NCBI GenBank assembly: GCA_964016885.1
Contig: OZ024742.1
Location: forward strand, 42,408,001-42,472,000
Reading direction: 5' to 3'
DNA: 64,000 nt
Source: Eledone cirrhosa
Lineage: Eukaryota
Positions 1-10,610 of the stretch are shown piece after piece (position 1 is the first letter of the stretch; each line of letters starts with the position of its first letter). The notes under the pieces are model-generated. The model did not search any database and had not been told where the DNA came from. It saw only the letters and a list, made by a program, of their open reading frames with translations. A program made the translations under genes and the position numbers.

Positions 1-3
1 TTA

Positions 4-69
<66 letters not shown>

Positions 70-76
<7 letters not shown>

Positions 77-135
77 TAACAGATTAAAGTTTAAGCAAAG
101 AATCTCTGCTTTCACCCTTAACGGGATCTTCTGAA
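70..135. repeat. Short dispersed repeat next to (TA)n (other copies ~1325-1455, 22576-22700, 38550-38670)
   Basis: acagattaaagtttaagcaaagaatc...ttcacccttaacgggatcttctgaaa recurs, mostly as reverse complement, at the listed sites. Confidence 0.8.
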
Positions 136-140
136 ACTAA

Positions 141-248
141 TTTTATCGACCTCGTAAGGATGCCTTTCATCCTTACGAAGTCGATAAAATAAAGTACGAG
201 TGATGCACTGGGGTAATCGCTGGCCTTGTGACAAAAGTAGAAACTATT
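141..248 (+). mobile_element. 3' fragment of tRNA-derived SINE (family A) with a short fold-back
   Basis: gcctttcatccttacg..gtcgataaaataaagtac..ctggccttgtg..aaagtagaaac matches full SINE copies; preceded by its own inverted ttttatcgac..cgtaaggatg. Confidence 0.75.
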
Positions 249-289
249 TGGCTCCCTCGGTTGAGCACTCTTTGGACTTGCAGAAACAA

Positions 290-857
290 CACCTTACTAT
301 TTCTACGAAGAATACACCCGTACCTAGCAGGAAGACGTATTTAAAATTACTAATTAAAAAAACGGATTCGTTCCTTAAAAGGTTGCGTTGGCGCGCCTTT
401 TATTTCGACAACCAGGATAAAGCGGACAGTAAACAGGATAAATTTGGGTTTAAAACATACAATAACCTTCCTAGTAACCCAGCTTTGCTACCTTTCGAAA
501 ACGATGTTTTGGAACTCATACGGAGTATCAAATTTCGGAACAGGCGCAATTCATTCCAGCAGGACCTGAATAATAGAATTCGTTCTATAAAGGATTCTAA
601 TGCAGTGCATGTCCACTCCGACAAAACTCGTAATCTATATCAAGTGAAGAGAATTACATCAACTGCTACATAATGCTGTATGTAACCAAGGATTACCGGA
701 AAATCGATCGAAGTGTTATTAATAACATCAACGATGCTGAGTTTAAAATCACTCCAGAGCTTAACATCCAAGGCCGGACCAAACCTCTGGTCCCTATTTC
801 TCCCCATTTTACCCTGAAGTATCATAAACCCAATTTCGCTAACAACCCATCTATTCG
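290..857 (+). pseudogene. Penelope-like element (probably Naiad-type) N-terminal RT fragment
   Basis: ORFs 200-673 and 673-897 show STKNTPVPS..FLKRLRWRAFYF, FGFKT, FENDV, SDKTRNLY and FTLKYHKPNFANNPSIR motifs; interrupted by a stop and cut by a microsatellite. Confidence 0.75.
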
Positions 858-911
858 TGTGTATATGTATGTATTTATAATATATACGTATATATGAGTA
901 TGTGTGTGTGC

Positions 912-987
<76 letters not shown>

Positions 988-1687
988 TTGCGTGCGCTTA
1001 TGTTTTGTATATGTATGTGTATGTATGCGTCGGCGCATACTTATACACTGACCTAAATCTTAACTAAACTTACTCTTACTATTTTAATAACCTCAGTCAT
1101 TTTCGTTAAACAACTTTATTTACATTATTCTTAAACTCCGTAGCTGAGAATCATTCGGTTTCCTAAATAGAATATTAGCCTAATGACTCCATTTATACCA
1201 TAAACGTGGTTTTGTCTTTGCATGAAAATGTTCTTATCGCTCCACACAACGACGTATTATATTCGCTTTTTCCCATTCATTGCCAGGGAATGTCTTCACG
1301 AACCAAAATATCGTCTTCCTGTCTTCCTTCGGTTACAACGTTTTTCGAAATATTTACTTCTGCGTCCACAGATTGATTTTTTTTTTTTTAGTTTCGGAAG
1401 ATCCCGTTAAGGGTGAAAGCAGCGATTCTTTGCTTAAACTTTAATCTGTTATCTTAAGAAATATTTGCTCTTTGAATTACAGGTACAGTTCATTCGACGG
1501 GCTTTTCCATAATTTCCGTCCACCCAATTTCATTCATAAGACAGGTATTGGGAATAATTAGAATAGGTTAATACTGTGTAAACGAATGGGTTTCGGTGTG
1601 AATAAGTAAGTTGAAAAAAACAAAAAAACAAGAAAAACTGCATACAAATAACAACAACGATAACATTTGGAAAGTTTTCCCATAAAA

Positions 1688-2097
1688 CAATGGTTTCTGA
1701 TTTAGGCACAAGGCCAGCAATTTTGGGGAAAATCGATTAAATCGACCTCAGTGCGTAACTGGTACTTTATTTTATCGACCCTGTAGGCATGAAAGGCAAA
1801 GTTAACTTCGGCGGGATCTGAACTCAGGAAGTAAAGGGCCATAACTCCATGCTACAAAGCATTTGTCTGACGCTCTACCGATACTGCCAATCCACCTCTC
1901 ATGAAATAATTGTTTCTACTTTTGGCACAAGGCCAGCAATTACCTCAGTACATTACTGGTACTTTATTTTATCGACCCCGTGAGGATGAAAGGCAAAGTT
2001 AACCTCGGCGGGATTTGAACTCAGACCGTAAAGAGACGTAACTCTTTGCTGTAAAGCATGGCGTCCGACCATCTACCGATACTGCCAATCTACCGCC
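1688..2097 (-). mobile_element. Two tandem tRNA-derived SINEs (family A)
   Basis: Minus strand has Pol III A box tggcagtatcgg, B box gagttcaaatcc, body gcctttcat..ggggtcgataaaataaagtaccagt. Confidence 0.85.
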
Positions 2098-2297
2098 CTA
2101 TCACCTCTCATGAAATAATGATGATTTACTATTTGATATGATACGAACATTGAACACTATAGCTGGGAGTCTGACATACTCCTGATTCAGCCAGTTGTGC
2201 TTACTCAGTTTGTGATATATAATTTCTCTTGTCTCACACAAACTATAAACAGTTCAAAAGACAGAAATTTAAACGGCAATGTGGGATTAAGTATATC

Positions 2298-2399
<102 letters not shown>

Positions 2400-2827
2400 C
2401 TCTACATGTGCATTTATCTTCATAATTACGCATGATGTTGAACCAGCCTGCTTTAAATTCCCTTTTTGGCATATTATAATCAGTAGAACTTTGGTTATCG
2501 TATCTTTAAGCTCTGCTGATGATCGGTTCCAACCGTGACCATCCCCACTGAAAGTTTCGTGAAATGGTCTTTTTTAAGACTTGTAGTTTTTCCAAATTGA
2601 AGGATGAGTATTTTAAACTTTATTTTACTCTGAGTTAAGGCTCTATTGATTTTTTCCCTGGATTTCACCAAATTTTGTGGATGAATCTATATCCTGATTC
2701 TTTTTGAATTGAGTTTGAATTATTTTCCCCACATCTTACGTTAACTATTTTTCCATTTTGACGCTATAGTCACTTATATATTATGGAATACTGTTGGCTT
2801 CTTGCTACAATAATTTCTATACTTTTC

Positions 2828-2885
<58 letters not shown>

Positions 2886-2926
2886 CCTTCGTTTTGTGTA
2901 GAAACTTACACTTTTCATTCATATAT

Positions 2927-3395
2927 ATAGAGAAAATTGAGGTTGGTAATGGCACATGGAATATATAAGAAACAGAATACTTTTTTGTGAAAAAACATAT
3001 AATTTTATAAGGTAAGGAAATAATAAAGGGTATAAAAAATGACCGGTTTCGATGGGTCTGTAAAAGCCATGTTTTCAAATGTTGATTAACATTAAGAAAA
3101 TTAATAATAAGAAGAGTTAAAATTTGAGATTTGAAAATTCAAGTATAAAATTCAGTGTGGGATTTCATAGTAGTTTTCATCTTGGTAGCAGCAAGTTGAC
3201 TGCTGTGTGCCTTTCTGGTAGTGAATGAGGAGTTATTTGGGGGAGTGGGTTATTTTATAAAGGTCAGATTTAGCAATGGCCAGATGGCCAGCTGCTGGTC
3301 AGTGAGGGGGTGGAAGCAATATACATACATATATCTCCCTGTGGTCGGTAGGAGAGGGGAGAGTGATAGATAGGGATTTAGTGCACTTACACCTA
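2927..3395 (-). repeat. 3' pseudo-LTR of the PLE
   Basis: Reverse complement of 10611-11075 with a few differences; first ~38 bp also repeated directly at 10575-10612. Confidence 0.9.
3036..3083 (-). ncRNA. Minimal hammerhead ribozyme motif in 3' pLTR (U3-A8 variant, stem II mismatch)
   Basis: Minus strand UUGAAAA-CAUGG..CCAUC-GAAA-CCGG-UC. Confidence 0.6.
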
Positions 3396-3444
3396 TATAT
3401 ACACACATACCCTCATCCACACACACATACATATATGTATACAT

Positions 3445-3531
<87 letters not shown>

Positions 3532-3670
3532 CATATATATATACATATACACACATACATACACACACACATACATATACATACACACATACACACACAC
3601 ATATATACACATACATACACATATATATATATACACACACACACATATATATACATACACATACATCCAG

Positions 3671-3736
<66 letters not shown>

Positions 3737-3787
3737 GTACATACACATATACACACACACACACACACATATATACACATACACACA

Positions 3788-3819
<32 letters not shown>

Positions 3820-3848
3820 ATACATACACATACATACATCCACATGCA

Positions 3849-3906
<58 letters not shown>

Positions 3907-3965
3907 TACACCCACACACATAGAGAAATGGCCTCCAAATATATATATATATATATACATACACA
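3396..3965. repeat. Compound (CA)/(TA) microsatellite in the PLE 3' UTR
   Basis: Direct reading; source of spurious CV/HT/YI ORFs. Confidence 0.95.
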
Positions 3966-4291
3966 TATTTTTTCCATAATATAAGAAGTTAGGACAGTGA
4001 AATTAAAATACAAGTCATTCTGATCACATTGAGTTCTTCATGTAGATTGGGCCCCGCAACCGACAGTGGTGAATTCTGTGTGCGCATATATATATAGATA
4101 TATGTGTGTGCACGTGCAGGGTTTAACATGGATGTGTTGGTCACACAAAGGCATGGTCTGTCAACGAATAAACCTGATTCTACAGAATTGGTCTCTGGTC
4201 TTTAATAGTAGTGATAATTATATACATGCACACATACACACACATATATCTGTCACTCCGTGCGTATGTGTGTTTATATTTTATGACAATT

Positions 4292-5904
4292 CTATTGGGG
4301 TGATAACCCGTTTAGTTTTGGTTTAAATTTGTTAAGGAATAGATTTTCTTTGTTTATTCTTTGTTGCTGTGTGAACGAATCTGAGCACTTGTAGAAGGGG
4401 AAGATTTTAAAGTTGGGTAGTGTCATTCCTGCGCAGTTCACAATATGGCTGCTCAAGGGGATTTTTCTTGTGTTAGCGTCCCGGATTTGTTGGCGGTGGA
4501 TGGTCATTCTTTTGCGTAATGAGGTGCCCGTCTGTCCTATGTAGTTGTGTTTGCACCCACCGCAAGTTATTGCGTAAATCAAGTTCTCCGAGTTGCAGGT
4601 GAAATTGTTTTTTACTGTAAATGTTTGGCCATCTTTAAATGTAAATTTTTGTCCTTCAGTGAGGTAGAGGCACGTTCCACAGTTTGTTCTACCACATTTG
4701 GTAACTGTAGGGTTGAGGATTGGTTTGGGTATATTTGGTCCAGTGAGAATGCGTTTTAGTGATTTGGGTTGTCTTTTACTTTTAAGGATCTTGTGTGTTT
4801 CAAGAATAGACTTCATTTTTACATCTTTAAGTAGGATGGGGAGGTTTTTGTGTAGGTGATCAAACATTTCGGTATTTCTGGGGTTGAAAGTGGATACATA
4901 TGGCAGGGTGTTGAGTGTGGTTTTCTGTTTTGGATTGTTAAGTTGATGGGGATTTAGGTGTTTTTCCCTGTCTATTCCATTGTTGATTATTTCAAGTGGA
5001 AAGGCTCTTAAGATAAGGGTGTCTTTTAGTTCCTTTAGTCTTTGCTCCCGTTTAGGTGGATCTGATACTATGGTACATATACGTTTGGCCAAATTGTAAG
5101 GAATGTTAAGTTTTGTATGTTTTGGGTGACTTGATGTGAAAAAGAGGTATTGCTTGGAATCTGTGGGTTTATAGAATATATCTATATCTAATTTCCCGTC
5201 TATTACAGAGATGAGAATATCCAAGAAGGCTAATTCCTTGGGATTGGATTCCATTGTGAATTGTATGTTATTATCTATGTTGTTTATCATGTTTTTAAAC
5301 ATAGTAAGTGAATTCATGTCTTCTTGCCATAGGATAAAGCAGTCGTCTAGATATCTTTTCCAATTGGCTTTGAGGTGTGTGTGGAAAGAGTCTCCAAATA
5401 AGAGAAGGGACTGACTGTATATTTGTTGTTCATGGAATCCCATGACTAGGTTGGCATATGTGGGTGCTACTTTCGTGCCCATTGCCGTACCTGATACTTG
5501 TCTGTATGTTGAACCATTGAATGTGAAGTAGTTATTTTGTAGGATAAAGCGGAGTCCGTCAGTGATAAAATCTTTGTTGATGCGTGTCGGTATTTCTGAT
5601 GGGTGTGTGTTAAGCCAGTATTGGACTGCTGTTATTCCATAGTTGTGGGGTATGTTTGTGTAGAGGTTTATTACGTCAAAGGAGACAAGAATTGTATTTG
5701 CACTTACTGTTTTAGGGAGGTGCTTCAGCATGTCAAGGTCATCTCGTATGTAGCTCTGTATATGTTGTAGAAAGGGTTTCAGTAGGATGTCCAGAAAGTT
5801 GCTAAGTCTGTGGGTTTCACATGTAGGGCCTGCTATAATTGGCCTGAGTTTTAGGTCTTCTGGTGGTGTTAGTTCAATGTAATTGTTGGTTGAGGTGTCA
5901 CATG
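4292..5904 (-). CDS. PLE ORF2, 3' part: reverse transcriptase + GIY-YIG endonuclease
   Basis: LRPIIAG, LVSFDVINLYTNIPH, QVSGTAMGTKVAPTYANL, WKRYLDD, YKPTD, CGRTNCGTC, LIYAITC..YIGQT..RMTIH, ENLFL..LN; no internal stops. Confidence 0.95.
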
Positions 5905-6457
5905 TGTAGTGACCTACATTCCGCGGGCTCACATACATTCTCTGTGCGTGATTTGGCTCAGTTCAGCCAATCAGCGCCAGTAGAAGAGGATGTATCCCTA
6001 CGCGCCCTGAGGAAGAAATTCACCGCGAAGATTTGAAGAATCTCGCTCTTGTACCAGAAACTTCGAGCCAGCAACACGCATAATGTAGCGGTGAGATATT
6101 GCACCCCTAGCCTCGCCGGTTTAACGGCGCAATGACACATTCCCTTTTGTAACCTCTTTTTATCTGTAACTTCAACCATATAAATAAACAAACATTTCAT
6201 CTCTAATTACTGCGGTTGAAGTCGTTGTTATGTTACTCGTGTCTCAATAACATCTTTAATCCATGCTGCTGGAATTGGCGACCTGACGAAAGGAATATTG
6301 TAAATAGATGGTAAATAGATCGAGGGACCTTCCCTCACGTCTATGTCAACAAGATAATCCAACGAGGATACTATCACTTACCACACTGGCAACTAACGAC
6401 CACTGATTCTACCACCCCGCTAAAGTGGCGACTACTCTACAACTAATAACTGCTAAA
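5905..6457 (+). repeat. 5' LTR
   Basis: TGTAG...CTAAA; AATAAA near 6183; matches 8047-8599 except one visible substitution (ccatgct vs ccatact). Confidence 0.95.
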
Positions 6458-6458
6458 G

Positions 6459-6476
6459 TGGTGACCGACGTAAGAA
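6459..6476 (+). promoter_or_regulatory. Primer-binding site, tRNA-Trp-like
   Basis: TGGTGACCGACGT 1 nt after the LTR resembles the tRNA-Trp PBS TGGTGACCCCGACGT. Confidence 0.6.
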
Positions 6477-8034
6477 TGTCACGCAGCCCTTCTTATTCAT
6501 TCAGTTTAACTTTTATTGCCACGTCGCAACTTGCGAAAATCCAGAATATTCCTTTTAAGATTTTTGAAAAATTAGCAGTATTTCAAAAACTTTTTCGCCA
6601 CGAAAAAATTTCAAGATGGCTACCGACATGTCATGGCTACGCTTGACAACAACAATGACAGCAGCAGCGACAGCGTTGTTTAACCACTGACCAATACAGG
6701 GAACAGTGAGTGGCAGCTTCATAACCTTACCGACGCCAACCACCACACATCGGAAATTTCGAAACGGCTTGTAACTTTACCGACGCAACCACCATACCTT
6801 CTGTCTCGTTACCACAGGGACGCGAGAAATTGAGACAGTAGTTTTCTCACCATTATGGCGTCAGACGTGACTGCCATATTTGGTGACTCCTACTCTGCAG
6901 AAGATTCTTTGACTTTGCTTTAACAATAAGCAACACAACCGTGTGGCGGGACTGGAAAATGGCCACGAAATCTCACAAAAACACCATACATCTAATCCCT
7001 AACGGCATTAACAAACTTCTTTTTCAGTTTTCAGATAGAACTAGTTTCTGTACACTGGTGATGTGTGAACTATTTGACTTTGAAAAACTTTGAACTTATT
7101 GAGCAATTTCTCTGCTCCCCTAGATTGACTTTGAATTATCAGTTTGTTACATTCACATATTTCTTTGTAGAATGCATTTACTTGTTTTGTGCTCTTTTGC
7201 TATTTGCTTGCTCATGGTTTTTGTTCATTCACATTCTTTGCTGTTTTACATGCCTGCATATACACACATTTTTTTTATCACACACCAACATGTTGTTCTT
7301 GGTATATGTTCTTCAAACGTAATATTCTGCGAGTCCCTTTTCACCTGGTTGAGATGCTGTCACATGCTAGCAGCTCACAGAGCTTAATCCACTGGATTCA
7401 AACAGTCACCGCAACACGAGAATACTAATTGCCGCTGAACTCAAACAGCTTCGCATCTCGTTGCACACTGATCGTCCATGACGGCCATCCGTATTGTTGT
7501 TTTTGCCCGACTCGCTGGGAAAGCAACAAATTGAACTGGACTTGTCAACATTTCGGCCACTTCTGTGGATTCGCCCGAATTATGGAATTTACACTGCAAC
7601 CCACCTACAGATTAAACTTGCCTTTTGTTCTTTACAAAGCAACCAGCCATTTTTTCCTGGCTCCACAGCACATTCGACAATACATCTGAGGGCCATCATT
7701 TTCTCGCCAGCACTGGTAAACTACCATAATAGCTTCGTTCACAGCTACTGGTACAACGCTTACCATTAACATTTAATGCAAGAACAGCAACTTCGCCCAT
7801 GTCAGACTTTATCCGTTTTTTGTTGGACCTTTGGCGGTCACGTATAAACAACAAAACAACTGGTCATTTGACACAGCGGCTCAACACGGCCCGTAGCGCC
7901 TCATTTTTTGTTCTTGCATGCAACCTTCTGCTCAATTATTTTTTCACTGATGTGCTCTTTCAGCATTTGTTCTTGCTGATTTAATAATATGTGAGTCCTT
8001 GGTTTCTTCGTTATCGATTTTCGGCTGAAAATCT

Positions 8035-8046
8035 GGTTGGAGGTGA
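8035..8046 (+). promoter_or_regulatory. Polypurine-tract-like motif
   Basis: ggttggaggtga immediately before the 3' LTR. Confidence 0.5.
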
Positions 8047-8599
8047 TGTAGTGACCTACATTCCGCGGGCTCACATACATTCTCTGTGCGTGATTTGGCT
8101 CAGTTCAGCCAATCAGCGCCAGTAGAAGAGGATGTATCCCTACGCGCCCTGAGGAAGAAATTCACCGCGAAGATTTGAAGAATCTCGCTCTTGTACCAGA
8201 AACTTCGAGCCAGCAACACGCATAATGTAGCGGTGAGATATTGCACCCCTAGCCTCGCCGGTTTAACGGCGCAATGACACATTCCCTTTTGTAACCTCTT
8301 TTTATCTGTAACTTCAACCATATAAATAAACAAACATTTCATCTCTAATTACTGCGGTTGAAGTCGTTGTTATGTTACTCGTGTCTCAATAACATCTTTA
8401 ATCCATACTGCTGGAATTGGCGACCTGACGAAAGGAATATTGTAAATAGATGGTAAATAGATCGAGGGACCTTCCCTCACGTCTATGTCAACAAGATAAT
8501 CCAACGAGGATACTATCACTTACCACACTGGCAACTAACGACCACTGATTCTACCACCCCGCTAAAGTGGCGACTACTCTACAACTAATAACTGCTAAA
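8047..8599 (+). repeat. 3' LTR
   Basis: Direct repeat of 5905-6457. Confidence 0.95.
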
Positions 8600-8603
8600 C
8601 ATG

Positions 8604-9312
8604 CATCGTTTATGGGTTTACATTTGTGGAGTTTCGGTAAGCCGTAAAAAGAGCTTGTATTGCATTTGAAGTGGCTTATATAGTTAAACTCTTTTGTGGT
8701 TAAGCTGTTGCGGTATTTATTCAGTAAGGTCAAAAGGTTCCCCATTGTTTTGGTGTGTTTGTAGTTTTCTGTTTTTTCATAGTATGTGTTGTTTTCTAAA
8801 ATGTTAAGTGCGAGGGTCCTATAGTAGTCCGTATTCATAATGACAACAGTACTGCCTTTATCGGCTTCTTTGATGGTTATCTCAGGGTTGTTTCTAAGTG
8901 TGAATAATTCTTCCCATTCGTGTGTAGATAGGTTTGATTTCGTGTGTTTATTTGTAATTTTTTCATAGGGAAAGTTGGTGATGTGTTCGCAGTAGGTGTC
9001 CAGTGCTTTATTTCTTCCCTTTTGTGGGCAGAAATTGCTTTTATTTCTAACCAGTGATTCGTCTTCAGTGTTGGTGTCGTTGTGGAAGAATTCCGTTAGT
9101 CGCAGCTTTCGGCAGTATTCCATGATGTCATCCTTCATTTCGGGGAAGTTTGGTTTACGTGGTGTAGGTGTAAATTTCAGGCCCTTACTTAAAATGTTGA
9201 TTTGTGTGTTGGTTAGAGGTGTCTTTGAGAGGTTGATTATTTTTGGTTTCTCCTGGGGGGGGGGGGGGGGGGGCATCGAGTATCCTGGTATTTCAGGCTT
9301 TTCCCTAAAAAA
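8604..9312 (-). CDS. PLE ORF2, 5' part (N-terminal domain to RT fingers); first ATG at 9276, frame open from ~9333
   Basis: IINLSK..LSKGLKFTPTP, RKLRLTEFF, SNLS..E, IKEADKG, FYGLPKLHK are PLE hallmarks. Confidence 0.92.
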
Positions 9313-10511
9313 GGAATGTAGTTTTGTGTGTGATTATATTTTGTTGGTCTGTTGCGTGTGGGTCTGTAGCTTGTTGTTTCATGAGGGTGAATGTGATGGT
9401 GGGGGTGGTATGTGTTGTGGTTGTTGATGAGCAAGGGTTCTGTTGTTGGTTCATGTGGTCTGGGTGCGTTATTTCTGTGGTACAGAGTGTTGAGGTTGGG
9501 GGGTTGTCTTTTGTTGGATTGAGGGTGATGTCTGGTGTGGTTGTGGGTAAGTTCTGCTGTGATTTCAAGTGGTCTGGGTGGATTTCTTCTGAGGAATGTG
9601 GTGTGTGTGTTGTGAGTTGGATCTATGTTATTTCGTCGTTGGTTTATGTAGGGGGTATTTCTACGGAAACCTGTGTTGTGGTGGTTGGGTGTGTTTCTTT
9701 TGGTGTAGTTGGCCGTATTTGGTTTGTGTTGGTGGGGGATGTGCCTGTGGTTAGTGTGTGTTGGGTTTGGTGGTGTAAATGTGTCTGTTGTAGTTCTTGT
9801 TATGTTCAAATGCTTTATAAAGGGGTTACCTGTTTGGTGCGTCCTTTTAAAGTCTTCTTCATATTTGAGGAACCAATTTTCGGATTTTTCCCACCGTTTA
9901 AGGGAAATAATTTCTGCATTCTCGCAGTCCTGTTTCCACGATTTGATTAAATTGTGTAGGGTTGTTCCCTCGGCCTTTTTAGTGCATTCTTCCTCCATAT
10001 TTTTATCAGTATCCTTATACTCTTGCTCGTTGGAGGTGGCCCTTAATTTTAGGAGTTCTATTTCCATGTTTATCCTGTTGAGTGACATTTGTTCACGGAG
10101 TTTTCTTTCTGGTTCAGGTTCGTTTGTAATATGCTTTATTTGGAATTTACGTGGTAAAACTATCGGTGTTGAGTTAATCCACTTTTGGTAAATTCCAGCT
10201 TTGTTGAGGTTTTTTATCATATTCCAGAAAGTCAATTTTCTGGTTTTTAGATGTTTTTTCCAGAGGTGTCCCATTTGGTTTTTGATATGGAGCAATGTCG
10301 TCTGTTCTGTTTTGGTATTCATAAGTTTTTCGATGGAGTTGCATACGTTTTGAACGTTTAAATAAATTTGGTTGTCAGTCGGTGTGGTGTTTTGGGGTAT
10401 ATCCTGTTTTTTTGTCAGAATGGTGAGTTTTCCATTTATCTCTTTTAGGATTTTCAGGATTTCCTCATTTATATTGGAGTTTGAAGTTGTGTTGTCTTGT
10501 TCCAGTGCCAT
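9237..10511 (-). CDS. PLE ORF1, 424 aa, helical/coiled-coil-like N-terminal two thirds and a H/T/N/P/R-rich tail
   Basis: Long intact ORF starting ~65 nt downstream of the pLTR end, overlapping ORF2; function inferred only. Confidence 0.85.
   Translation of the reverse strand: MALEQDNTTSNSNINEEILKILKEINGKLTILTKKQDIPQNTTPTDNQIYLNVQNVCNSIEKLMNTKTEQTTLLHIKNQMGHLWKKHLKTRKLTFWNMIKNLNKAGIYQKWINSTPIVLPRKFQIKHITNEPEPERKLREQMSLNRINMEIELLKLRATSNEQEYKDTDKNMEEECTKKAEGTTLHNLIKSWKQDCENAEIISLKRWEKSENWFLKYEEDFKRTHQTGNPFIKHLNITRTTTDTFTPPNPTHTNHRHIPHQHKPNTANYTKRNTPNHHNTGFRRNTPYINQRRNNIDPTHNTHTTFLRRNPPRPLEITAELTHNHTRHHPQSNKRQPPNLNTLYHRNNAPRPHEPTTEPLLINNHNTYHPHHHIHPHETTSYRPTRNRPTKYNHTQNYIPFLGKSLKYQDTRCPPPPPPRRNQK
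9284..9312 (-). promoter_or_regulatory. Candidate -1 programmed ribosomal frameshift signal
   Basis: T_TTT_TTA (9312-9306) in ORF1 frame, 8-nt spacer GGGAAAAG, hairpin CCTG-AAATAC-CAGG; a -1 shift enters ORF2. Confidence 0.6.
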
Positions 10512-10610
10512 TTTCCGGATTTGCGTAGGTTAGCATATATGAAAAGTGTAAGTTTCTACACAAAACGAAGGTTATAGAGAAAATTGAGGTTGGTAATGGC
10601 ACATGGAATA

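Larger units (their letters stand above)
5905..8599 (+). mobile_element. Non-autonomous LTR retrotransposon (2695 bp) inserted in PLE ORF2
   Basis: 553-bp direct repeats, CATG duplicated at 5901-5904 and 8600-8603, PBS-like and PPT-like motifs, no gag/pol ORF; removal restores PINDAC-DTSTN frame. Confidence 0.93.

Noticed and set aside
3250-4013. Long ORFs rich in CV/YI/HT dipeptides (also 640-1038, 41289-41772, 62155-62432)
   Set aside because: Translations of dinucleotide microsatellites
5958-6200. Identical 80-aa ORFs at 5958 and 8100
   Set aside because: Antisense ORF duplicated only because it lies within the LTR
5905-6457. LTR retrozyme idea from CTGAGGA (6008) and CTGACGA (6284) in the LTR
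   Set aside because: No matching stem II/GAAA/stem III/UH arrangement downstream
6458-8046. Short ORFs in the LTR element interior as gag/pol
   Set aside because: All under 95 aa with no zinc knuckle, protease, RT or integrase motif
8996-10191. Plus-strand ORFs of 143-208 aa
   Set aside because: Antisense shadows of the PLE ORFs
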